Of a stretch of DNA of 64,000 bases, positions 1 through 9,159 are shown one piece after another. Source of the DNA: an uncultured virus (IMG/VR IMGVR_UViG_3300011211_000031). Lineage: Duplodnaviria; Heunggongvirae; Uroviricota; Caudoviricetes. The translations under genes and the position numbers were made by a program. Position 1 is the stretch's first letter. Every line of letters begins with the position of its first letter. The notes below the pieces were generated by a model. It saw only the letters and a list, made by a program, of their open reading frames with translations. It had not been told where the DNA came from and made no database searches. Location of the stretch: positions 1 through 64,000 of IMG/VR virus record IMGVR_UViG_3300011211_000031; one strand, written 5' to 3'.

Positions 1-246
1 TCAGTGCTCCTTCGCCGCGTCGATCGCGGTCGGTTTCGTTTTGCCAGTGCGGCCTCTTGCATGCGCCATGATCCTGGCCACCTCTTCTCTGTCACCGCGC
101 ACCAGGGCGATCAGCGCCAAGCCGCGCGCTTCCCACAGCCGCACGACGTTCTTCCGTGCGCGCGTCAGGTCCACCCCGGAGCGCCGGGCCAGCTCGTGGC
201 CCACTGCCCGGTGGTCGGGTGCTTCATCCTTAAGCAGGTCAGCCAT
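1..246 (-). CDS. Hypothetical phage protein
   Basis: ATG at 246 overlaps the upstream stop (ATGGCTGA); stop at 1-3. Confidence 0.6.
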   Translation of the reverse strand: MADLLKDEAPDHRAVGHELARRSGVDLTRARKNVVRLWEARGLALIALVRGDREEVARIMAHARGRTGKTKPTAIDAAKEH

Positions 247-775
247 TGGCCGTCTCCACGTCAATTTTCAGATGCGCCACCCACGCTTCGAAGTGGATGC
301 CGGGGCGCAGTGTTGTGCCGCGGCGCGGAATGAACGCCGGCTGGCGTATCGCTGAGACCAGAAGCTGTGTCTCGGCGCGCTTGTTCGTTCTGCCCGCAAA
401 GGGGTAGCTGTGCCAGTTGCAGTTGCCTTTCGGCACGCCATGCGCGGGCTTCAAGGATTTGCGATCCCATTCCAGAAGCCCCCAGCCCTCGGGCAAGTCC
501 ACAGGCCGGATAATGCCCGTCGGGGCGGCATAGAACCGCCAGTCGCCGACCGCTCGGGCAACATCAATGCGGTGTGGCTTCTTCGCATCTGCCAGGAAGT
601 CGGAACGACTGGCCTTCACCTCTACCGCGAGAGATACGCCATCACGCCACCCGATGGCGTCCGGTTGCTCACTGCAACCGGCCTTGAAAGGATCAGCCAG
701 GATCGCCGCGCAGCCATTGCGGCGGAGCCACCTGACCGCTGCGGCAACGATCTCGTCGTGAATAGCGCCAGCCAT
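239..775 (-). CDS. PD-(D/E)XK nuclease-like phage protein (MmcB-like)
   Basis: EQPDAIGW...AVEVKASRSDFLAD motif; start coupled to the upstream stop. Confidence 0.7.
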   Translation of the reverse strand: MAGAIHDEIVAAAVRWLRRNGCAAILADPFKAGCSEQPDAIGWRDGVSLAVEVKASRSDFLADAKKPHRIDVARAVGDWRFYAAPTGIIRPVDLPEGWGLLEWDRKSLKPAHGVPKGNCNWHSYPFAGRTNKRAETQLLVSAIRQPAFIPRRGTTLRPGIHFEAWVAHLKIDVETANG

Positions 776-1539
776 CAGGCCACCTCCACGCGCTTGAAGC
801 TGATCACCCAGACCCACGGGTTGTTGTCCCAGTCGCCGCCGGTGCTGAGCCACAAATCGCGGAACCCGTGACGAGGGCAGGAATAGCGGTTTTCTGCACC
901 CTCCCACGCTTCATATGCGATGTCGGGCAGCGGGTACTCGCAGTCCCCCCACTCGTGTGCATACCGGTGCAAACCCTCGGCCGCCGCGTCCTCTTTGCTG
1001 ATCGCTTGAAGCTGCTCCACGCGCACGTCGGTGATCTCCAGCACCAGGCGGCATGCCCAGCGCGGCATCTGCGTGGAGGAAATGGGCCCAAACGAGCGCC
1101 AGTGTTCGGCTGTCCCCTCGCTGTTGTGCACCTCGCAAGCGTTGCGCGGCGGGTCCCAGTCCAGCGGCACTACGCCGTAGCTGCCATGCTCGCCGTCTGC
1201 CTGATAGATCGGAAACCGGTCACCCGCGTCCATGCCGCTCTCCCAGTCCTCGCCCAGGTACTCTCCGATGCGGAAGGACTCCCGCACCCGCAGCCGGTCG
1301 CCGGGCTGGCCGAAGGGGCACGCGTCCCCCGCAAGCCCGATCCACTTTTGCATCTCATCTTCAACATGCAGCATTGTCTGGTGCGCCTTGCTAGGCCACG
1401 TGTGCCCCGGCTTCGGGTAATCAGAGGAAGTGGCTTCCGGCTGGGGCTTCATCACGCGCCGCGTCTGCGTCTTTGCGCCCGACAGGATGGCGCGCACCAT
1501 GGCGCCGTTGAACAGGATGGGGAGCTCTTTTGAAGTCAT
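775..1539 (-). CDS. Conserved phage protein, ASCH/PUA-like
   Basis: PILFNGAMVRAILSGAKTQTRR N-terminus, RLVLEITDVRVEQLQ and NPWVWVISF C-terminus. Confidence 0.75.
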   Translation of the reverse strand: MTSKELPILFNGAMVRAILSGAKTQTRRVMKPQPEATSSDYPKPGHTWPSKAHQTMLHVEDEMQKWIGLAGDACPFGQPGDRLRVRESFRIGEYLGEDWESGMDAGDRFPIYQADGEHGSYGVVPLDWDPPRNACEVHNSEGTAEHWRSFGPISSTQMPRWACRLVLEITDVRVEQLQAISKEDAAAEGLHRYAHEWGDCEYPLPDIAYEAWEGAENRYSCPRHGFRDLWLSTGGDWDNNPWVWVISFKRVEVA

Positions 1540-1571
1540 GGCAGAATCGGGCTCAGAAACCGGGAGGAGTT

Positions 1572-2189
1572 ATGCCGATCGACATTTGTCCGCTGGCAGC
1601 GGACTGGGGAAATTGGGCAGATTGGGCAGGTGTCGCTGTCGGGGTCCTCGCCGCAGTCGCCACGATTTCCGCTGTGTTTGTAGCCGTTGCGACCAGCCGC
1701 ACATCTATCGATGAGGCTCGCAGAATGCGCGACGAGCAACGCAGTGTTGAAAGGGAAGCGGAGCGTCTCCGAGCGGTGGCACGCGCGGTAACGTTTGACC
1801 ACGAATTCTTCGCGCTGGGTGGCGTACTTGCGGGTATCCGAAACGATCTCGATCCCACGTATTTCGCCAAGCAGCCAATCATTGCGATGAATTTTCTTGT
1901 AGCCCAGCTTCCGAGCGACCCCATGCCCATGCTTACAAGGTTTGCCGGTGAGCTCGATGCATTCGGCGCCCAAGACGCTTCCAAGCTGTTGAGAATTCTG
2001 AGTGGTTGGAATGCGGTAAACGTAAAAAATGAGTGCATTGACGATTACGGTCCTGAGCAAGCTCTTCGGCTCGTCACAGGTGTTCACACCGCGTTTGGGA
2101 TCCTGCTGGAACAACTCAGGGAAGGGCGTGACGTGACGATTCGGTGGAGTGCTGAAGTGAACAGCGATCCACCTGCTACTGATTGGTGA
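1572..2189 (+). CDS. Antisense moron, N-terminal membrane-anchored protein
   Basis: GGAGGAG RBS; hydrophobic helix WADWAGVAVGVLAAVATISAVFVAVA followed by a charged coil; AT-richer than flanks; opposite strand to the operon. Confidence 0.75.
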   Translation: MPIDICPLAADWGNWADWAGVAVGVLAAVATISAVFVAVATSRTSIDEARRMRDEQRSVEREAERLRAVARAVTFDHEFFALGGVLAGIRNDLDPTYFAKQPIIAMNFLVAQLPSDPMPMLTRFAGELDAFGAQDASKLLRILSGWNAVNVKNECIDDYGPEQALRLVTGVHTAFGILLEQLREGRDVTIRWSAEVNSDPPATDW

Positions 2190-2244
2190 CGAGATGCATA
2201 AGAGGGACGGCGCTGGGAACGCGCTTGGAAAGATCGCCGTTGAA

Positions 2245-3108
2245 TCAGTCATTGGACACCGGCTTGACGCTGTCGATCAGGGAGCGAGCCGCGCGCAGGT
2301 CAGCATCGCTGGCCTCCATAACGTCAACAGGATCGCAGTCGCCGCCCAACAGCAGGATGCGATCACGCCCAGCTTCCAGCAGGCGCACGTAGGCTCTATA
2401 CAGGGCCTTGAAGTCGGCATGATCGACGGCCCGCGCGGGCGGGGCATTGGTCCGGATGGCCTCAACCTGCCATTGAGGCAGCATCCATCCGGGGATGAAC
2501 GCGGCGACGCTTTCAGCGTGAGATTCGGCGGAATGAGGCCACAGGGTAGCGACCGCCTCAATCTTGGGATCCTGTTCTGATTGCTCCTGGCGCGCGGCAT
2601 GAAACGCATTGAGCGCCGCCGCAGCCTTCTCCGCGTGCGCCTTGCTCGGGGCAGCGTGGACATCGTCTGGCCCGAGGATGTGCATGCACCACAGCGGCCC
2701 CTGCCCCGTCGGCTGGCGGGCAGCAAGGGCTGCGGCTGCCTTGCGTAGCAGGGTTGCAGTGCTCTCCGCCATGTTGGCGTCGTGCTGCAAGCCAGCGGCG
2801 ACATCTTGCGGATCGTCCGGGGTGTAGCCTTCGCCGTCCTCGATGGCCTGTTCGATGCTCTCTCCTGCTTCCCGGTCGCCGGCGGCCATGCGCTCCAAAC
2901 CGTCGGCATGCTCCAGCAGCTCGGCCCTCAGCGCATCCCCCTGCCCAGCCGGGGAGGGCGATACCGGAATCCCGACATCGCCCTGGATCAGGTTGTTCAG
3001 CCCGATCAGATCGGTCACGCCTGCGCCGGCATCGCCATACAGCCGCGTGGCGATGGCCTGCACCAGGTCAGCGGCGGTCTTGACCGCCATGTTGGTCTGC
3101 TGGTTCAT
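2245..3108 (-). CDS. Hypothetical mosaic early phage protein
   Basis: 287 aa ORF, ATGA-coupled to the methyltransferase stop. Confidence 0.7.
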   Translation of the reverse strand: MNQQTNMAVKTAADLVQAIATRLYGDAGAGVTDLIGLNNLIQGDVGIPVSPSPAGQGDALRAELLEHADGLERMAAGDREAGESIEQAIEDGEGYTPDDPQDVAAGLQHDANMAESTATLLRKAAAALAARQPTGQGPLWCMHILGPDDVHAAPSKAHAEKAAAALNAFHAARQEQSEQDPKIEAVATLWPHSAESHAESVAAFIPGWMLPQWQVEAIRTNAPPARAVDHADFKALYRAYVRLLEAGRDRILLLGGDCDPVDVMEASDADLRAARSLIDSVKPVSND

Positions 3109-5168
3109 GCGGCGATCCTCAGTTCGGCTTCGACCGGGTCCAGATTGGCCTCGGCCAGTGCGCGCAGCGGCGGCGGGCTCACGCTGTTGCCGACCATGCG
3201 CACGGCGGCGGTGGCCTTGAGCGGCGTGCCGTTGGCGGTGCGATCAATGATGTAGCCCTGCGGGAAGCCCTGCGCGCGGAACAGCTCGTGGGGCTTGAGC
3301 ATGCGGAGGCCGATATCCACGATGACGTAGGGCGTGCCCTTGATGACCACGGTGACCAGCGCGAGGCGGTCCTTGGTCGTAACGGTGGCCATCGGGTCGA
3401 GCAGGCTCGGTGCGTTGGCGCCGGTGCCGTAGTACTTCACTAGGAAGGCCGCGACGCGTTCAGCGCCTTCGACCTGCTCCGGACTCAACGTGCACTCGAC
3501 AACGCCGTGGTGCACCGTGCTAGCGCAGACGGTGCCCAGCGGGGCATCCGCGCCCTGGCCGTGAGTGTTCCTGCGCATGGTGAGCAGATGGGCGCTGGCA
3601 AAGGCATATCCGCCGCTGCCGCTCGCCGTGACGGTGCCGACCGGGTCACGCACATCCTTGCTGCCCGCACCCCAACGCTGGACGCCGCCGGGCTTACCTT
3701 CGCCGTGCGCAGCCTGGACCATCACGGCCGAAGAGATGCCGAGTGCGTGCGCTGCGCCGGCAGGTCGCTTTGCCCCTGCGCCGGAGGTGATGGTGGGGAC
3801 GGGATCAGTCACGGGGTGGCCGATGCTGTCACCACGGAACTCGACCAGCGAGGGCGCTACCAGCGCGGTGTCCGCCTTGGCGGTCATGGTGTACAGGGGG
3901 TCTGCGCCGGAGCGCGGTTCGGACTGCCCGGCACGGCCGCCGACGCCGGCAAGGATCGGCGTGACCACCGAGAAGTGTCCGCCCTTCACGCCAGCGCAGA
4001 CGGTGCGCAGGGGCTCATCAGCCGCCATGGTGCGCTGGTTGCTGGCATTGGCGTGCTCGGCGATAAACGGCGCCAGTTCGGGCACGCCCAGCATCAGCTC
4101 GCCACGGTTCGCCGCGGTGATCGTCTTCAGCGGGTCGTGGATGCTGTTCACCCGATCAGCGCCCTGATGGGTCACCGGCACGATGAAGGGGTCTGCGCTC
4201 TCGAGCACGTGGCGCACAATGCCCTTGGCAACTCGACGCATGGTGGCGTCAGCCAGAGGCCGCTTGCGCGCGAAGATCGAAGGGCAGGGGATGCTGAAGT
4301 CCAGGCAGTCGGCGGCACTGACGCGCGGCGTCATGCCGGTCGCGGATCCATGGGTGGGCTTCGGCCACACGATGGCCTCGCCGTCGCGCCGCGCGATGAG
4401 GAACAGGCGCTCACGGCTGGTGCCGGCGCCGAAGTCGCTGGCCACGAGCTTCCGCCATTCGACCACATAGCCCAGCGCACGCAGGGCTGCGACGAACTGG
4501 CGCCAGGTGCGTCCGATGTGGCGTTTGTCAGGCACCAGCGCCTGGCGCTCGACGGGAACGCGCTCGCCCTTGTCGGCAATTCGATTGGTCATCACCGGCT
4601 TGCCCCTGCGGAATACGGGCTTCCCGGTGCTCTCATCGACGGCCTGGATGAGGTCCAGGGTGACGACGCGGCCGGTCTTGCTGCAGCGCTTGGCGACCAG
4701 CGGACCCCAGGTCAAGATCTGCCAGACATTCTCCATCGAGAAGATGCGGGGCGCCGTGTTGGTGCCGTTGAGAAGGTCAGCGCGACGCAGCATGCCGATC
4801 CACTTCAACACCACCCACGACAAGGCGCGCGTCTTCCGGCTGCGCGGCTGCCCGCCCTTGGCCTGGCTGAAGTGCGTGCAGTCGGGGGAGGCATGGAACC
4901 AGCCGATGGGGCGGCCGGCCACGTCAACGCGCGGATCCGCATGCCAGATGTCTTCGCGGTGATGCTGGGTCAGCGGGTGATTGGCCGCATGCATGCCGAT
5001 GGCCAGCTCGTCGTGGTTGTAGGCCAGCGCCGGGTCGATGCCCAGCGCCTGCTTCAGGCCTTCGCTGGCTCCGCCGCCGCCGGCGAACAGGTCCACCACG
5101 ATCTCGCCGGGGCGCAGGCGCGATCGCTGCGGCGCCGGGAAGTTGAAGGAGCGGGAGCCGTCAGCCAC
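3105..5168 (-). CDS. DNA (cytosine-5) methyltransferase
   Basis: DLFAGGGG (motif I), SPDCTHFS (IV), ENV (VI), RERLF (VIII), GNSV (X); GTG start at 5168. Confidence 0.93.
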   Translation of the reverse strand: MADGSRSFNFPAPQRSRLRPGEIVVDLFAGGGGASEGLKQALGIDPALAYNHDELAIGMHAANHPLTQHHREDIWHADPRVDVAGRPIGWFHASPDCTHFSQAKGGQPRSRKTRALSWVVLKWIGMLRRADLLNGTNTAPRIFSMENVWQILTWGPLVAKRCSKTGRVVTLDLIQAVDESTGKPVFRRGKPVMTNRIADKGERVPVERQALVPDKRHIGRTWRQFVAALRALGYVVEWRKLVASDFGAGTSRERLFLIARRDGEAIVWPKPTHGSATGMTPRVSAADCLDFSIPCPSIFARKRPLADATMRRVAKGIVRHVLESADPFIVPVTHQGADRVNSIHDPLKTITAANRGELMLGVPELAPFIAEHANASNQRTMAADEPLRTVCAGVKGGHFSVVTPILAGVGGRAGQSEPRSGADPLYTMTAKADTALVAPSLVEFRGDSIGHPVTDPVPTITSGAGAKRPAGAAHALGISSAVMVQAAHGEGKPGGVQRWGAGSKDVRDPVGTVTASGSGGYAFASAHLLTMRRNTHGQGADAPLGTVCASTVHHGVVECTLSPEQVEGAERVAAFLVKYYGTGANAPSLLDPMATVTTKDRLALVTVVIKGTPYVIVDIGLRMLKPHELFRAQGFPQGYIIDRTANGTPLKATAAVRMVGNSVSPPPLRALAEANLDPVEAELRIAA

Positions 5169-5382
5169 GGGCGGCCTCCACGGCTTCATCCAGCGCAGAA
5201 CCAGACATACGGAGCAGCTTGTGGACGATCTGCCGGGTATCCGGCTCGATGTCGTCTGCGGCATCGGTGATCTCAAAGAAGAGCACCGCAGCGGCCGCAA
5301 CCACGCGGGCATTGGGCTGGTCGTCATGCGCTTCATTGAGCAGGCGCATGGAATCCTCACGGTTGAGCTTGATCTCAGCCAT
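5161..5382 (-). CDS. Hypothetical phage protein
   Basis: 73 aa ORF overlapping both neighbours. Confidence 0.6.
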   Translation of the reverse strand: MAEIKLNREDSMRLLNEAHDDQPNARVVAAAAVLFFEITDAADDIEPDTRQIVHKLLRMSGSALDEAVEAARG

Positions 5383-5773
5383 TGGACGGCTCCAGATCCT
5401 CGGCGGTGATCACGTGGGGCACCGAGTTGAGGACCTGCCAGAAGTTGGGCGGGCTGACGCGATCGGCCCATGCAGCAACGAGCGAGCGCAGCTCGTCAAA
5501 CTGCTCCGTGGTCACGTCCTGGAGATAGTCTTCCGACGATTCCCCTGCATATTCGAAAGCCATCTCTTGCAGCCGCTCGATGATGTTTCCCTCGTCAACC
5601 AGGCTCGCGGTGTCGACCGGCTTTACCTCCCCCACGTAGACCGTCTCCCCGATTTCAAAACCACCGTGGTAGTCGACCGCTGCAGCAACCGCTGCGTCGA
5701 AGCTGTCGCACTGGTCATGGAACGTCTCTTTGTCCGTGCTCCAGCTGTATTGCTTTTCGGTTTCGGTATTCAT
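5375..5773 (-). CDS. Acidic hypothetical phage protein
   Basis: AGGA RBS before ATG 5773; phage-like codon usage. Confidence 0.7.
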   Translation of the reverse strand: MNTETEKQYSWSTDKETFHDQCDSFDAAVAAAVDYHGGFEIGETVYVGEVKPVDTASLVDEGNIIERLQEMAFEYAGESSEDYLQDVTTEQFDELRSLVAAWADRVSPPNFWQVLNSVPHVITAEDLEPSNG

Positions 5774-5786
5774 GTGGGGATCCTGG

Positions 5787-5978
5787 TTAGGCGGCTTTGC
5801 ACTGGGCGGCCAGCGCTTCAAGTCGCTCGGCCTCGCGGATGTAGTGGTCGTGCCGGTCCTGGCGAACCGGCTGGGTGAACTGGATGTCGGTCAGGGCGGT
5901 GGCAGCGGAGACGCGGAAGAGGGCGGCCAGCCGCGCTGGGTCGTGATCGAAGATGTCGAGCTGCTGGCGCTTCTTCAT
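5787..5978 (-). CDS. Hypothetical phage protein
   Basis: MKKRQQLDIF start with GAGG RBS. Confidence 0.6.
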   Translation of the reverse strand: MKKRQQLDIFDHDPARLAALFRVSAATALTDIQFTQPVRQDRHDHYIREAERLEALAAQCKAA

Positions 5979-5991
5979 GGCCGCCCTCAGC

Positions 5992-6267
5992 TCAAGCCGC
6001 CTGCGCGAGTTCTTCAATCTTGGTGAAGGGGTACTTCTCGACCTGGTCTTTGATGTTCGCGCCGAAGTGCTTGCCCTTGGACTCGGCCGCCTGGAACGCC
6101 GCGAAATCCTCGGCGGTGAAGTTGGCGTAGTGGTACAGGCTGCCCGGGCTGACAACGCCGCCCTTACGGCTGGTGAAGCGGATGGCCAGGGTGCTGCTGG
6201 CGGCGTCGTGGCCGATGGAGTGGATCTGGTTGGACTCGACGTCCTGCAGGTCGATGCGCAGTGCCAT
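5992..6267 (-). CDS. KTSC domain protein
   Basis: VESNQIHSIGHD...LAIRF...YHY...F..AESKGKHF...IK pattern; AGGAG RBS. Confidence 0.88.
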   Translation of the reverse strand: MALRIDLQDVESNQIHSIGHDAASSTLAIRFTSRKGGVVSPGSLYHYANFTAEDFAAFQAAESKGKHFGANIKDQVEKYPFTKIEELAQAA

Positions 6268-6409
6268 GGGATGCTCCTGATGAGAATGGGATGCCCCGTA
6301 TCGCCGGGACCACGCGGGCTTTGGCTTCCAATGCCCCTTCACGGAATCGAACCGCATCTCGTCTTGACCACAACGTCGCCACCTAGCGGGAATCGAACCC
6401 GCGATTTAC

Positions 6410-6538
6410 TGGAGGAGAGGACCGGTGCTGATCTCCGGCACGAGCTCCCCGTCCTAGGGGCAGCAGCCTTGCGGCATTTGGTTTTTCACCGGGCATCCCT
6501 TCGGTCCGCCCCGCGCATCAGCCTGCGCATTCCTCTCC
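6410..6538 (-). ncRNA. tRNA-like structured RNA (resembles the Proteo-phage-1 motif, from memory)
   Basis: GGAGAGG/CCTCTCC closing stem followed by TCCA; hairpins GCGCA-GGCTGA-TGCGC and GCCGG-AGATCAGCA-CCGGT with complementary GCTGAT/ATCAGC segments; internal GCC-GCAA-GGC tetraloop. Confidence 0.7.
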
Positions 6539-6547
6539 GTTGAACAG

Positions 6548-8311
6548 TCACGCAGCGAGCGGGAACGTTTCTCCGTTCGCTGCAGCGCGCAACACGCGGA
6601 TCATCTGCTCGCACATGGCCGGCACCTGGTCGGCGGCATAGAGCTTCGCGCCCCGCTCAGTGCTGACCGGCTCGAAACCGAGCTGGCGCAGGCCTTCGGC
6701 ACTGATGGCCAGCGGGCCGATCAGGGCGTTGATCTCGCCGAGCTTGATCTTCTGGCCCTCCGGCGCCCACGGCGCGGCGTCATCGGCGACCGGTGCAGGA
6801 GCAGCAACCGTGATGACCTGCCGGATTGGCGTGGGCTCAGGCGCGGCCGCGACCGGCTCAGCAACCGGGGCGGGACCGGCCGCCGGCGTGGCAGCGACGA
6901 CAGCCGCTGCCGCGTCCCGCTGCAGCCGTTCTGCGCGCTCCTGTTCTTCCTTGCGGATCTGGGCGCGCTCATCGTCCAGGCGCTGCTGCTCCGCCTGCTG
7001 ATGCGCCGCGATGCGAGCCGCGACCAAGTTGCGCAGGTCTTCCGGCGCCTTCGTGGCGCACAGCTGCACTCGATCAGCGAACAGCGTGGCGTGCAGCGCA
7101 TGCTCGTTGAGGATCGCGACATTGCCCCGGATCCGCTCGGCCAGCTGGCTGGCGGTGATCTTCAGGTTCGCGGCCGCCGTGCTGACGGCGTCCTCCATGC
7201 TGGTGAACGACTTCTTACCCTTGATCGAGGCGCCGAGCTCTGCCGTCACAGCCTGGGCGGGGAATGCGATCGCGTGCTGGCCGAGCGTGGCGTTGATCTG
7301 GTCGTAGTGGTCCTGCACGTTTATGCGGCCGGTCTGGACGATCTCGATCCGGCGCTCGTCCTTCCGCTTGCCCACCAGCTTCTCCAGTTCCAGGCGAATG
7401 CGGCGGGTCTCTGCCTTCACGTCGTCCACGGTGCGGAACATGGCGTCGATATCGGCCGTCTGACTCAGGGCGTGCGCCTTCGCGGCGTCCAGCTTCTCTT
7501 CCACGGCCTTTGCCCACTTCACCGTCTGCTCGGCATCCGCGAAGTCGGTGTCGGTCTGCAGGTTGCGGTTGATGCCGCCCAGCACGGCCATGGCATGGGC
7601 GCGGAAGTCGCCGAGGTTGCTGGCCGTGACCATGCCCTGCAGTTCGATACGCAGCGCGGGCAGCTGGTCCGGAGCCTTGCCCACCACCGGTTCGGCAACC
7701 GGTACGACCTGGTAGGTGCACACGTCAGCTTCGAACTGCTCCCAGCCGGGGAGGATCCGCGCGCGCAGCTCGGGGTTGGGGTAGTACCAGCAGTGCCGCT
7801 CTTCAACGAGCTGCCATTCTTCCGTCTGCGGATCTTGCTTCCACTCGGAGGCCATGAACAGTACGCGCTGGGCTTGGCTGACCATGCACTGCTGCTCCAT
7901 CTGGATCTGATGGTAGAGCGGCAGGTCGGTGCCAACGCAGTCCGGCGTCATGCAGGCGCGCAGGGTGGCGTTGAGCGTCTTGTGCTCGAACGCGATGTCC
8001 TCGAGCAGGGTCAGGCCGTCGAAGCTGGCGGACAGCTTCCCCTCCGTGCCTACGCACGGATAGAGGTCCTCCCCGACGATTTCCTCCGCCAGTGGGCGGG
8101 CCAGTGCTTCGAACTGGTGGCCGTTGTCGAAGATCTGCTGCAGGAACCAGCTGATCTCCTGGGCAACACCGGTGGCGCGAACCTTCAACAGCTCGGAGCG
8201 GCTGATGTTTGGGAATTCGCCCAGCATGATGGGCGCTTCGCTGGCATTGAGGTGCTCGGCGCGGTGGGCATGCCACTCGGGCGTGCCTTGGATAAGGGTC
8301 ACGGTACGCAT
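6548..8311 (-). CDS. YqaJ-family (lambda Exo-like) exonuclease with long coiled-coil C-terminus
   Basis: QGTPEWHAHRA...NASEA, GHQFE, ASFDGL, FEHK, YHQIQMEQQ. Confidence 0.9.
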   Translation of the reverse strand: MRTVTLIQGTPEWHAHRAEHLNASEAPIMLGEFPNISRSELLKVRATGVAQEISWFLQQIFDNGHQFEALARPLAEEIVGEDLYPCVGTEGKLSASFDGLTLLEDIAFEHKTLNATLRACMTPDCVGTDLPLYHQIQMEQQCMVSQAQRVLFMASEWKQDPQTEEWQLVEERHCWYYPNPELRARILPGWEQFEADVCTYQVVPVAEPVVGKAPDQLPALRIELQGMVTASNLGDFRAHAMAVLGGINRNLQTDTDFADAEQTVKWAKAVEEKLDAAKAHALSQTADIDAMFRTVDDVKAETRRIRLELEKLVGKRKDERRIEIVQTGRINVQDHYDQINATLGQHAIAFPAQAVTAELGASIKGKKSFTSMEDAVSTAAANLKITASQLAERIRGNVAILNEHALHATLFADRVQLCATKAPEDLRNLVAARIAAHQQAEQQRLDDERAQIRKEEQERAERLQRDAAAAVVAATPAAGPAPVAEPVAAAPEPTPIRQVITVAAPAPVADDAAPWAPEGQKIKLGEINALIGPLAISAEGLRQLGFEPVSTERGAKLYAADQVPAMCEQMIRVLRAAANGETFPLAA

Positions 8312-8313
8312 GA

Positions 8314-9159
8314 TCAGCGCTCCAACGCAGTCTGGGTGATGCCGCCAGCGGCAGCGGCGACGTCGCTCTGGGGCTCGCCTTCGCTCTCATCCTTCGGCGG
8401 ATTGCGGATCTGGTGCAGCTGGTCAGCGGTGAAGCGCGCCTTCGTCTGCAGGGTGGCGATCAGCTCTTCAGCCGATTTACGGCCGCTGGCGATGAGGTCC
8501 CACCACTTCGTCAGATTCGCGCTGAAATCAGTATCGGAATACAGCGGCAGCGCCTTCTCAGCCGTGCCGGTAATAGCCGGACGGCTCTGGCCACTCACCT
8601 GGGTTGCCTCACCGGTGGGGATATCCATCACTTCTTCAGCGATGGGCATGCCGCGCAGCACGTCGGGGAACACGTCGCGCAAGGCGAAGGCACGGGCACG
8701 CATCTGGCGCATGCGCTTCGGGTACTGGGTCCACGGGCCTTGCTTATTGAGCAGGCCGGCCACCTTCGCGTCGTCCATGCTGAAGGTGCGGACCTCTTCC
8801 GACTCGCCGCGGCGCTTGACCCTGCACACGGCCGTGCCGCCATCGTCGGATTCGGTGATGTACTCGCACAGCGGGGAGCTGCGCACCAGGGCAATAACGG
8901 CGTCGCCCCACAGGGCAGGCCGCCCGTTGATGATGGCCAGGTTCTGCATGGCCTGCAGCGGCTTCAGCCCGAGCTCGCTGCCCCACTGGATGGCGATGAA
9001 GCAGTTGCCCGGCTTGCCTTTGAAGTCCTTGGGCACGAAATCGCTTTCGGCGAGGTAGTCACAGAACTGCAGGGCCTGCTCGAAGGTCTGCGGGCTCAGA
9101 TCAAACTGCTGGCGCTGCTGGGAAGCGAGCGCGGTTTGCGGTTGGGCTACTGCGTTCAT
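8314..9159 (-). CDS. RecT/Bet-like single-strand annealing protein
   Basis: GSELGLKPLQAMQN...INGRP, WTQYPKRM...RARAFALRDVFPDVL; adjacent to YqaJ. Confidence 0.85.
   Translation of the reverse strand: MNAVAQPQTALASQQRQQFDLSPQTFEQALQFCDYLAESDFVPKDFKGKPGNCFIAIQWGSELGLKPLQAMQNLAIINGRPALWGDAVIALVRSSPLCEYITESDDGGTAVCRVKRRGESEEVRTFSMDDAKVAGLLNKQGPWTQYPKRMRQMRARAFALRDVFPDVLRGMPIAEEVMDIPTGEATQVSGQSRPAITGTAEKALPLYSDTDFSANLTKWWDLIASGRKSAEELIATLQTKARFTADQLHQIRNPPKDESEGEPQSDVAAAAGGITQTALER

Noticed and set aside
239..5168. Type II restriction-modification pair (nuclease 239-775 with the methyltransferase)
   Set aside because: Genes are separated by unrelated ORFs and both are common stand-alone early phage genes
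3507..5270. 587 aa + strand ORF
   Set aside because: Antisense shadow of the GC-rich methyltransferase; no motifs, RBS or coupling
6341..6402. Complete tRNA genes at the two GGTTCGATTCC motifs
   Set aside because: No acceptor, D or anticodon arms could be folded around them
7001..9058. 685 aa + strand ORF
   Set aside because: Shadow of YqaJ/RecT
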